Of a DNA stretch of 64,000 bases, positions 56,396 to 64,000 are shown piece by piece. Source of the stretch: Bacillota bacterium (GTDB lineage: Bacteria; Bacillota; Halanaerobiia; B1SED10-174); contig SKTZ01000029.1 of the NCBI GenBank assembly GCA_007122335.1, positions 5,593-69,592 of the forward strand. The letters are read 5' to 3'. A program made the position numbers and the translations under genes. The notes below the pieces were generated by a model. The model was not told the DNA's origin, searched no databases, and saw only the letters and a program-made list of their open reading frames with translations. The stretch's first letter is position 1. Each line of letters begins with the position of its first letter.

Positions 56396-57209
56396 AGAAA
56401 GGGCGATTCCCGAGAAATTTTCTGAAGCAATAGGCTATGCTCTATCGGGAAAAGGAAAACGGATCCGGCCCTTTCTTTTCCTTCAGGCATTTGGGATCTA
56501 TTCTTCTCATGAAGAAAAAGCGGTGCCTTTTGCCTGTGGAATTGAAGCAATTCATACTTATTCTCTGGTGCACGATGACCTTCCAGTTATGGATGATGAC
56601 GATTTCCGCAGGGGCAGGCTTACTACTCACCGGGTTTATGGCGAAGCCAATGCCTTGCTGGTTGGAGACGCGCTGCTTTCCCTTGCTTTTGAACTGATGA
56701 ATTCAAACGCCATTGATTTTCCCCCCGAAACCGTCCAGATGGCCATAGACAGAGTTTTAAAAGCTTCAGGCCCAGAAGGGATGGTCGGGGGCCAGTACCT
56801 TGATTTAAAAGGCGAAGGTAGAAAGCTTAACTTCAAACAATTGGAGGAGATCCACCGGAAAAAGACAGGTGCTTTAATCACAGCTTCGGTGGTTAGCGGA
56901 GGAATTTTAGGTGGTGCTCCTGAAGAGGAATTAAAAGCCCTGGAAGATTATGGGCAGGAACTGGGTTTATTATTTCAGATTACTGACGATTTACTGGATG
57001 TAGTTGGAGACCCTGATAAAACTGGAAAAGCCGGGCAAAAAGATGCAGCTTTAGGTAAATCAACCTATCCTTCGCTTCTCGGCATTGATGGAGCAAAGAA
57101 GAAAGCAGAGGAAAAACGCCTGAGAGCGCAAAAAGCTGCTGTTAAACTGGGAAAAAAAGGGAGGCTTTTCATTGAACTGGCTGATTTTGTTTTTTCCCGG
57201 GATAGGTGA
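56325..57209 (+). CDS. ispA: farnesyl diphosphate synthase (polyprenyl synthetase)
   Basis: First and second Asp-rich motifs (LVHDDLPVMDDDDFRRG; FQITDDLLD). Confidence 0.85.
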   Translation: MKKIKTELERIQKIVETYLPRITEERAIPEKFSEAIGYALSGKGKRIRPFLFLQAFGIYSSHEEKAVPFACGIEAIHTYSLVHDDLPVMDDDDFRRGRLTTHRVYGEANALLVGDALLSLAFELMNSNAIDFPPETVQMAIDRVLKASGPEGMVGGQYLDLKGEGRKLNFKQLEEIHRKKTGALITASVVSGGILGGAPEEELKALEDYGQELGLLFQITDDLLDVVGDPDKTGKAGQKDAALGKSTYPSLLGIDGAKKKAEEKRLRAQKAAVKLGKKGRLFIELADFVFSRDR

Positions 57210-57239
57210 TAATTGCTAGTAATAAGTGGTTATGTTATA

Positions 57240-57830
57240 ATTAATTGCGCATCGGCGGTGCAGTATCCTAGTCAGCTTTGTACTCTTGAAGGCGGGCCTA
57301 AAAATCCGTCAAAGGGCACATCGATGAAGTTCCTGGTTGTGGCTACTGACGCCCAGTCGGGGGTCATAGCTGGGAGTTAAGGATTTCGGGGCGATCCACA
57401 ATGGCATGTGGGCGTGGACCCTGATTCCGCGGAGGCCCGGATACAAGTCGGGAGCTAGTGTCCGGGGAACCTGCAGAAACCGCAAGGTAGCTGCAGTGTA
57501 GCCTGCTTTGAGTGGTAAGGGGAGAGGAGGGTATTAAGTCCTGCTTCCCAGGGGCCCTAGGAAGTAGTTCCTTTACCTCTGAAACCCTTACTGCAAAAGA
57601 AGCTAGGGAGTAATTAAGGCTGTCAAGGAAAACTTCTAGGCTGTCCCACTGTGGGGATAGACCGGGGATTGAAGTGTGGTCTGAGTGGTAATCCAGCCCT
57701 GCATATGGTGACATTGCAGAGTGATTTAAAGGGAAACCGCCAAAAGGGCAACCTTTTGGAGATCACTGGGAAAGCCTGCTGGACCTAAGCCGCAGCATTT
57801 ATCCGGTCTATTACCGCCGATGCGCCTGGA
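57240..57830 (+). ncRNA. ole: OLE (ornate, large, extremophilic) RNA candidate
   Basis: A ~580-nt GC-rich, ORF-free interval lies between ispA and a small membrane-protein gene. It is closed by a perfect 12-bp terminal helix GCGCATCGGCGG (57247-57258) / CCGCCGATGCGC (57814-57825). It contains many internal hairpins, for example CTGCAG..CTGCAG. The flanking gene order matches the published OLE locus. Strand inferred from synteny. Confidence 0.7.
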
Positions 57831-57853
57831 ATTATTTTTTGGGGGGAAAAATA

Positions 57854-58408
57854 TTGAACAAGAATCTCCAGACGGGAATTACAATGGGGGTATCAACTTT
57901 TTTTATTGCCATCCTCGTGGTGGCTTTATCCCGTTTGGCGGTAGCCAACCTGACCGCTTTTCTGGCAACAGTTGTTTTTCTCCTGATTATAACCATTGGT
58001 GTTCTGTTTGATATGATTGGGGTCGCGGCAGCCGCGGCCGATGTTGCTCCATTTAATGCCCGGGCGGCCCGGAAAGATTTTGGAGCCAGGACAGGCCTGC
58101 AACTGGTTCAAAACGCAGATAGAGTAGCAACCTTTTGCAGCGATATTGTTGGTGATATTTGCGGAATTGTAAGTGGTGCGCTGGGTGCAATGATCGTAGT
58201 TCGCCTGGCCTTCGCAGTTGATTTTAGTGAAGCTGTTCTAAACATAACAATTGTTGCCCTGGCAGCTGCTTTAACAGTTGGCGGGAAAGGTTTTTGTAAG
58301 GGGATTGGGATAAACAGGGCCAACGAAATTATTGGTTTTGTGGGTAATTTAATTGCACTTGTCCAGGGCTTTAACCCCGGAAAAAGAAAAGGAGGGCGCA
58401 GTAAATGA
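57854..58408 (+). CDS. oapA: OLE-associated membrane protein A candidate
   Basis: Small four-TM membrane protein immediately downstream of the OLE candidate and upstream of dxs. Start ambiguous: TTG 57839, TTG 57854 or ATG 57884. Confidence 0.5.
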   Translation: MNKNLQTGITMGVSTFFIAILVVALSRLAVANLTAFLATVVFLLIITIGVLFDMIGVAAAAADVAPFNARAARKDFGARTGLQLVQNADRVATFCSDIVGDICGIVSGALGAMIVVRLAFAVDFSEAVLNITIVALAAALTVGGKGFCKGIGINRANEIIGFVGNLIALVQGFNPGKRKGGRSK

Positions 58409-60357
58409 TCCAGCTGGATGATATAAAAGGGCCTGAAATATTGCGGGAATGCGGCCCCGATGATCTGAAAAACATTTCTGATCAAATCCGCGAACGAATT
58501 ATTGATGTTGTATCCAAAAATGGAGGACATCTGGCTTCCAATCTGGGGGTTGTTGAATTGACTGTGGCCCTTCATTCAATTTTCTCGAGCCCTCGGGATA
58601 AAATTGTCTGGGATGTGGGGCATCAGTGCTATGCCCATAAATTGGTGACAGGCAGACAAAAAGAATTTGAAACCCTTCGTAAGTACAGGGGAATGAGTGG
58701 TTTCCCCAAAAGAAATGAAAGCCACCACGATATTGTAGAAACAGGGCACAGCAGTACTTCTCTTTCTGCAGCAATGGGCTTAGCAATGGCCCGGGAACAA
58801 AAAGGCGAAAACCACGAAATAATTGCAGTGATAGGAGACGGGGCTCTATCCGGAGGGATGGCTCTGGAAGCTCTTAATCACATTGGACACCTGAATAAAA
58901 AAATAATAGTTGTTTTAAACGATAATGAAATGTCCATTTCCAAAAACGTGGGAGCTCTGGCCAATTACCTGTCAAGAATCCGCACTGAACCGGTTTATCA
59001 AAAACTGAGAAGTGATGCAGAATTTTTAATGAAGAGGATTCCCGCTATTGGCGGACGGATGGCATTTGCCGCAGATCGGATCAAAGATAGCTTAAAGTAC
59101 CTTGTTCTTCCCGGTGTTTTTTTTGAGGAACTTGGATTTACCTACCTCGGCCCTGTTTCGGGGCATGATATTTCCGCCCTTCGCCAGTATTTCCAGCGTA
59201 GCAAGAGACTGGATGGCCCTCTTTTGATCCATGCCATTACGGAAAAAGGAAAGGGTTATCACCCGGCAGAAAAGAGCCCTTCCCGTTTCCATGGAACAGG
59301 ACCTTTTATCCTAGAAAATGGAGAAGGAAAGGTTCGTTCCAGCGGAAAAAGCTTTACCAGTTGTTTCAGCGATATAATTTGTGAAATGGCGGAAAAAGAT
59401 GAAAAGATAGTCGCTATCACTGCTGCGATGCCCGATGGAACTGGACTTGATAAATTTTCCCAAAAATTTCCCGATCGCTTTTTTGATGTTGGTATTGCTG
59501 AACAACACGGGGTTACCCTTGCAGCTGGAATGGCCCGTGGTGGCTTGAAACCTGTAGTTGCAATATACTCAACTTTTTTACAGCGTGCCTATGATCAAAT
59601 TATCCACGATGTATGCCTGCCCAATCTCCCGGTAATTTTTGCCGTTGATCGGGCCGGCTTGGTCGGCGAGGATGGAGAAACCCACCATGGCGTTTTTGAC
59701 CTTTCTTTTCTTCGCCATATACCCAATATGAATGTTCTGGCTCCCCGAGATCAGGTGGAACTGGAAAAGATGTTCACTTGGGCCCAGAGCTGTGAAGGAC
59801 CGGTGGCAATTCGCTATCCCAGAGGAAGTGTTCCCCAACCTCCCTTTAAGAGTGATCAACCCATCAACAGGGGGAAAGGAGAAATGCTCCGCAGGGGCAA
59901 GGATATCCTGCTTTTAGGTAGTGGGAGCATGGCCTGGGATGGGTACAAGGTTGCAGAAATACTGGAGAGCAAGGGATATTCAGTAGGTGTTGCTGACTTG
60001 AGGTTTATTAAACCCCTCGATGAAAAAAATATCTCCAGGTGGATAGAAAATGTTTCAATTGTTGTTACCTTGGAAGAAAATTATGTTGCGGGGGGAATGG
60101 GTTCAGCTATTCTTGAGTTTATGGCCAGGGAAAAGATTGAAAAACCTGTTTTAAATATTGGTCTTCCCGATCGGTTCATTACCCATGGAAATATTGGTGA
60201 ATTATTGCGGGAAAATGGACTTGATATTGATAATATGGTGGATAGAATTGAGGATTTTTGGATTTCCTGCTCCAAAAACCAGAAAAGGGATTCAGATTAT
60301 GGAGAAAAGATTGGACCTTTTGCTCGTAGAACTAGGGCTTTTTTCTTCAAGAAATAA
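58405..60357 (+). CDS. dxs: 1-deoxy-D-xylulose-5-phosphate synthase
   Basis: TPP-binding motif GDGALSGGMALEALNH plus transketolase-like pyrimidine and C-terminal domains. Has a ~25-aa C-terminal extension that overlaps tlyA. Confidence 0.9.
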   Translation: MIQLDDIKGPEILRECGPDDLKNISDQIRERIIDVVSKNGGHLASNLGVVELTVALHSIFSSPRDKIVWDVGHQCYAHKLVTGRQKEFETLRKYRGMSGFPKRNESHHDIVETGHSSTSLSAAMGLAMAREQKGENHEIIAVIGDGALSGGMALEALNHIGHLNKKIIVVLNDNEMSISKNVGALANYLSRIRTEPVYQKLRSDAEFLMKRIPAIGGRMAFAADRIKDSLKYLVLPGVFFEELGFTYLGPVSGHDISALRQYFQRSKRLDGPLLIHAITEKGKGYHPAEKSPSRFHGTGPFILENGEGKVRSSGKSFTSCFSDIICEMAEKDEKIVAITAAMPDGTGLDKFSQKFPDRFFDVGIAEQHGVTLAAGMARGGLKPVVAIYSTFLQRAYDQIIHDVCLPNLPVIFAVDRAGLVGEDGETHHGVFDLSFLRHIPNMNVLAPRDQVELEKMFTWAQSCEGPVAIRYPRGSVPQPPFKSDQPINRGKGEMLRRGKDILLLGSGSMAWDGYKVAEILESKGYSVGVADLRFIKPLDEKNISRWIENVSIVVTLEENYVAGGMGSAILEFMAREKIEKPVLNIGLPDRFITHGNIGELLRENGLDIDNMVDRIEDFWISCSKNQKRDSDYGEKIGPFARRTRAFFFKK

Positions 60358-61081
60358 GGCGCAAACTGCAATCCGTAAAGGAGAAGTAACGGTAGAAGGT
60401 GAATTAATTAAAACGCCTTCAACAAAGTTTAAACCGGATGCTCGGATAAATGTAGCCCCTCAGGATCCTTACCCCGGTCGAGGGGGAATTAAGCTTGCCC
60501 TTGCTCTGGAACAGTTGAATTTTGACCCCAATGATATGATTGTTCTTGATGGGGGAGCGTCTACCGGGGGTTTTACCTCCTGTCTTTTACAGCGGGGAGC
60601 ACGCAAGGTATATGCAGTAGATGTTGGGAAAAACCAGCTGGACTCCCAGCTAAGAGTGGATCCCAGAGTCATTGTTGTAGAAAACTATAACCTCCGGTAT
60701 TTTTCTCCGGATTTAGTTAAAGAAAAATTGGACTTAATTGTCCTGGATCTATCCTTTATTTCGGCCACCAAGGTTATTCCCGTTCTTGAAAAAGCTTTAA
60801 AAGATGGCGGTTTTTTCCTGACTCTGGTCAAACCCCAGTTTGAGGTAGGACCGGGAAAAATTGGGAAAAAAGGACTGGTCCGCAACGAAACAGACCAGTT
60901 AAATGCAGTAACGAAAGTGGTTGATTCCAAAAAGGCAAATAAGTTAGGTTTTGTTGGGCTGGTGCCTGCTTCTCCAAAAGGAGTCAGTGGAAATCAGGAA
61001 TTTTTCCTCCTGTCGCAAAAAGGTGGAGAAAGAATTTTTTCAAACCAGGACTGGCTTGATTGCAGGGCAAGAATTAAATAG
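60299..61081 (+). CDS. tlyA: TlyA-family rRNA 2'-O-methyltransferase/hemolysin-like protein (S4 + FtsJ-like)
   Basis: S4 domain N-terminus (LDLLLVELGLFSSRNKAQTAIRKGEVTV) and FtsJ-like SAM motif (VLDGGASTGGFT). Confidence 0.8.
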   Translation: MEKRLDLLLVELGLFSSRNKAQTAIRKGEVTVEGELIKTPSTKFKPDARINVAPQDPYPGRGGIKLALALEQLNFDPNDMIVLDGGASTGGFTSCLLQRGARKVYAVDVGKNQLDSQLRVDPRVIVVENYNLRYFSPDLVKEKLDLIVLDLSFISATKVIPVLEKALKDGGFFLTLVKPQFEVGPGKIGKKGLVRNETDQLNAVTKVVDSKKANKLGFVGLVPASPKGVSGNQEFFLLSQKGGERIFSNQDWLDCRARIK

Positions 61082-61092
61082 AGGTGTTAGCC

Positions 61093-61953
61093 TTGAAAAT
61101 TGGATTGATTGTAAATGAAGAGAAAAAAAAGGCCCTGCAGGTTGCGGAGGCTTTAATCGAAAAAATGAAGGGCAGGGATTTGCCGATTTATATTTCCCAG
61201 GAAGATGCCCCGGGAATGCAGGATAAGGGAACACCAATGTCCCGAAGACAGCTGCGCAAAGAGGCAGAACTTTTGCTCATTCTGGGAGGAGATGGGACAT
61301 TTCTGCATACCGCAAGGTTTTTTGCAGGCTCCAATATTCCCATCCTTGGTTTTAATCTGGGGCGGTTGGGTTTTTTAACAGAAATGGAAGCTGAAGATTT
61401 AGATTTAGTCCTGGATAATATCCTGGAAAAAAAATACCGGGTTGAAGAAAGAGCAATGGTCGAAGGATGGGTTTGCCGCAGGGGTCTTGAAATTGCTCGT
61501 GTTTTGGGTTTAAATGATATCGTCATCAGTAAGGGGGCCTTTGCCCGGATAATTGAACTGGACCTTTACCTGCAAAAGATTTACATCAGTACCTTTCCTG
61601 GAGATGGGTTAATTGTTTCAACCACAACTGGCTCAACTGCTTATTCCCTGAGTGCAGGAGGACCAATTGTTCACCCCATGGTTGAAGCCTTTATTGTTAC
61701 TCCGATTTGCCCCCATTCACTACATGCTCGACCTCTGGTAGTTCGCAAAGAAGAGCAAATTGAGATTAAAGTAAAGAGAGCGGATCGTCGGGTTATGTTA
61801 ACAGTCGACGGGCAGGAGGGACTTCGTCTGGTAAAAGATGATGTTGTCAAAATAGCAGCAGCGGAAGAGAAAACTCTCCTGGTTCGTTTTTCGGAAAAAG
61901 ATTTTTATCAGATATTACAAAAACGCTTAAATTATAAAGGGGATAGGGGGTAA
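61093..61953 (+). CDS. nadK: NAD kinase
   Basis: GGDGTFL motif and NE/D short motif region. TTG 61093 six nt after AGAGGTG. The track start is GTG 61084. Confidence 0.85.
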   Translation: MKIGLIVNEEKKKALQVAEALIEKMKGRDLPIYISQEDAPGMQDKGTPMSRRQLRKEAELLLILGGDGTFLHTARFFAGSNIPILGFNLGRLGFLTEMEAEDLDLVLDNILEKKYRVEERAMVEGWVCRRGLEIARVLGLNDIVISKGAFARIIELDLYLQKIYISTFPGDGLIVSTTTGSTAYSLSAGGPIVHPMVEAFIVTPICPHSLHARPLVVRKEEQIEIKVKRADRRVMLTVDGQEGLRLVKDDVVKIAAAEEKTLLVRFSEKDFYQILQKRLNYKGDRG

Positions 61954-61956
61954 AGC

Positions 61957-62415
61957 ATGAAAGGAAAAAGGCATCTTAAAATAATTAATATTGTTAAAAA
62001 TGAGCGGATCAAAACCCAGGAAGAACTGGCCAGGGTTCTGCAGGAGGAAGGGATTGAAGTTACTCAGGCAACTGTGTCCAGGGACATCAAAGATCTTGGT
62101 TTGATTAAGGTTCCAGTGGAAGATGGAAGCTATAAATATGCCATGCCGCCTGAGGCAGATAAGTACAAAATGGCCCGCTGGATAGAGAAAATGTTCAAGA
62201 ATTTTGTCTTGAGCGTAGATTTGACAGGGAACCTGATTGTTGTAAAAACCCTATCCGGTACTGCCGGAGGGCTTGCTTCTGCAATTGATAACCTGGAATG
62301 GAAAGAAGTCATGGGTTGTGTGGCGGGAGATGATTGCATTTTTGTGGCTCTTGAAGAGAACTGTAATAAAGGTGAAGTTTTGCATCGCCTGCGAGAACTG
62401 GTGGGAATTGAATAG
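61957..62415 (+). CDS. argR: arginine repressor
   Basis: Winged-helix N-terminus (IKTQEELARVLQEEGIEVTQATVSRDIKDLGLIKV) and ArgR C-terminal oligomerisation domain. Confidence 0.85.
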   Translation: MKGKRHLKIINIVKNERIKTQEELARVLQEEGIEVTQATVSRDIKDLGLIKVPVEDGSYKYAMPPEADKYKMARWIEKMFKNFVLSVDLTGNLIVVKTLSGTAGGLASAIDNLEWKEVMGCVAGDDCIFVALEENCNKGEVLHRLRELVGIE

Positions 62416-62429
62416 GGGGTTTATATAAA

Positions 62430-64000
62430 GTGCTGGTTGAACTGGGGATAAATAATTTTGCCCTGATTGAAAGGCAGGATATTGAATTTTCCCCCGGTCT
62501 CAATATTCTGACCGGTGAGACCGGTGCGGGAAAATCAATTTTAATCGGTGCTTTGGAACTTTTACTGGGAGCAAGGGCTTCCCTTGATTTCATACGAACC
62601 GGCGCGGAAAAAGCAGAAATCCGGGCCCTTTTCGCAGTTAAAGATCTTCCTGGTTTAAAAGAAAAGCTCAGAGAATTGGGTATTGAGGATGAAGAAGGCA
62701 GCCTGCTTTTAAGCCGGGAGATTTCCCGGTCGGGCAATAACCGGGTCAGGATAAATGGACAGATTGCGACCCTGGGGATAATAAAAGAGATTTCTCCCTT
62801 TTTAATTGATATCCATGGTCAGCACGAGCATCAAGCCCTGTTTTCGGAGGATAATCAGCGGGAATTTTTGGATCATTTTGGAGGAAGAGATTTAAAGAAT
62901 CTAAAAACCCAGGTAAAAGAAGCCTATAAAAACCTGCAAAAGGGAAGGGAAGAATTAAACCGCTTGCGGGATTCGGAAAAAGAAAGAAAGCAGCGCCTGG
63001 AGTTACTTGAGTTCCAAATAAAAGAACTGGAAGAGGCAGACCTAAAACCGGGAGAAGAGGAACAGCTGAATCAGGAACACAGAATTTTGACAAATGTGGA
63101 ATTATTATATAACAAATGCCAGGAGATTTTCTCCAATTTAAGCGGAGAAGAAATGGAAACCGGGATAAACGACCAACTGGGGTACCTTAATAAAGAACTG
63201 AAAGAATTAAGGGAAATAGATTCCCAACTGGAAAATGCGGAAGAACTCCTGAGCAGCTCATATTATCAGTTACAGGAACTGGCCCGGGAAATCAGGAGCT
63301 ATGCAGATGGAATTGTTTTTGATGAAGCCAGTTTGCGGGAAGTGGAAAATAGAATTGGGGAAATTAATGATTTAAAAAGAAAATACGGACCTTCCTTTGG
63401 AGAAGTTATAGAGTTTTTGGATAAAGCCAAGGAAGAACATCACAATCTCCAGGGAAGCCAAGAAAGAACGGAAGAACTGGAAAAAAAGATTGAAGCCGGG
63501 GAAGCCAGGTACCTGGATCTTGCCGGGCAGCTCTCCCAAAAAAGGAAAGAGGCTGCAAAAGAAATGGCTGATCTTCTGGTTAAAGAATTGAAGGGGCTGG
63601 CGATGCCTGAAACCCGCTTCCGGGTTGATTTCAAAAGGATCCCGGATAATATTGATGGAATTAAATCCGAGGGGGAAAAAATTGCTTTTTTCCAGCATGG
63701 AATTGATCAAATTGAATTTATGCTCTCTCCAAATCCGGGAGAAGATTTAAAACCCCTTACAAGGATTGCTTCAGGAGGTGAAATATCTCGCCTGATGCTT
63801 GCTCTGAAGGCTCTAACAGCCGATCAGGAACAGGTTCCCACGATGATTTTTGATGAGATTGATAGTGGCATCGGGGGCAAAACCGCGCAAAAGGTTGCCG
63901 AAAAACTGGACCAGATAAGTTCCAGGCGCCAGGTGATAACAATTACTCACCTGCCCCATATTGCAAGTATGGCCGATAAACATCTTTTCATCGACAAGGA
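62430..64000 (+). CDS. recN: DNA repair protein RecN (5' portion; continues beyond window)
   Basis: GTG start after AATAGGGGG. N-terminal SMC-like Walker A (LNILTGETGAGKSI) and long coiled-coil. The frame stays open to the window end. Confidence 0.85.
   Translation, partial: MLVELGINNFALIERQDIEFSPGLNILTGETGAGKSILIGALELLLGARASLDFIRTGAEKAEIRALFAVKDLPGLKEKLRELGIEDEEGSLLLSREISRSGNNRVRINGQIATLGIIKEISPFLIDIHGQHEHQALFSEDNQREFLDHFGGRDLKNLKTQVKEAYKNLQKGREELNRLRDSEKERKQRLELLEFQIKELEEADLKPGEEEQLNQEHRILTNVELLYNKCQEIFSNLSGEEMETGINDQLGYLNKELKELREIDSQLENAEELLSSSYYQLQELAREIRSYADGIVFDEASLREVENRIGEINDLKRKYGPSFGEVIEFLDKAKEEHHNLQGSQERTEELEKKIEAGEARYLDLAGQLSQKRKEAAKEMADLLVKELKGLAMPETRFRVDFKRIPDNIDGIKSEGEKIAFFQHGIDQIEFMLSPNPGEDLKPLTRIASGGEISRLMLALKALTADQEQVPTMIFDEIDSGIGGKTAQKVAEKLDQISSRRQVITITHLPHIASMADKHLFIDK

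Noticed and set aside
57364-57714. 116-aa minus-strand ORF inside the ncRNA region
   Set aside because: Lies within a GC-rich structured interval with terminal helix and OLE-locus synteny. No RBS and Pro/Ser/Gly-rich composition. Spurious.
1-64000. CRISPR arrays, IS elements, integrases, prophage genes
   Set aside because: No regularly spaced direct repeats, transposase/integrase motifs or phage structural genes were recognised anywhere in the window.

Overview
A gene-dense, low-GC chromosomal segment from a selenocysteine-using anaerobic Firmicutes-like bacterium. About 70 CDS are called, mostly on the + strand, with one tRNA-Leu(CAG) and one large non-coding RNA. The ~600 nt RNA between ispA and a small membrane-protein gene is an OLE-type RNA. 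Its flanking gene order, folD-xseA-xseB-ispA-[OLE]-oapA-dxs-tlyA-nadK-argR-recN, matches the known OLE locus. The centre of the window is a redox and energy-conservation island. It contains a NuoE/NuoF-type flavoprotein pair with a selenocysteine (in-frame TGA) formate dehydrogenase catalytic subunit. It also contains an Mrp/Mbh-order multi-subunit cation/proton antiporter module with three antiporter-like subunits and no hydrogenase. A second NuoE/NuoF pair is joined to a GltD/NfnB-like iron-sulfur flavoprotein, which resembles Stn/Nfn-like transhydrogenases. A second putative selenoprotein is a Bcp peroxiredoxin with TGA at the catalytic Cys codon. A probable metallophore and iron locus has two nicotianamine-synthase-like genes, one fused to a C-terminal FeoA domain, a flippase-like membrane protein and feoB. 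Other calls include a three-gene split CoA-enzyme activase cluster and a CtsR-box-controlled hsp20. There are also site-2 protease, DUF318 permease plus thioredoxin-like pair, patatin, Drg-like GTPase, tldD/pmbA, an OpuC-type betaine ABC transporter, and a RecQ-like helicase next to HD and macro-domain genes. No CRISPR array, IS element or prophage was seen. Coordinates rely on the supplied ORF track and manual reading. All homology calls are from motif recognition, not from database searches.
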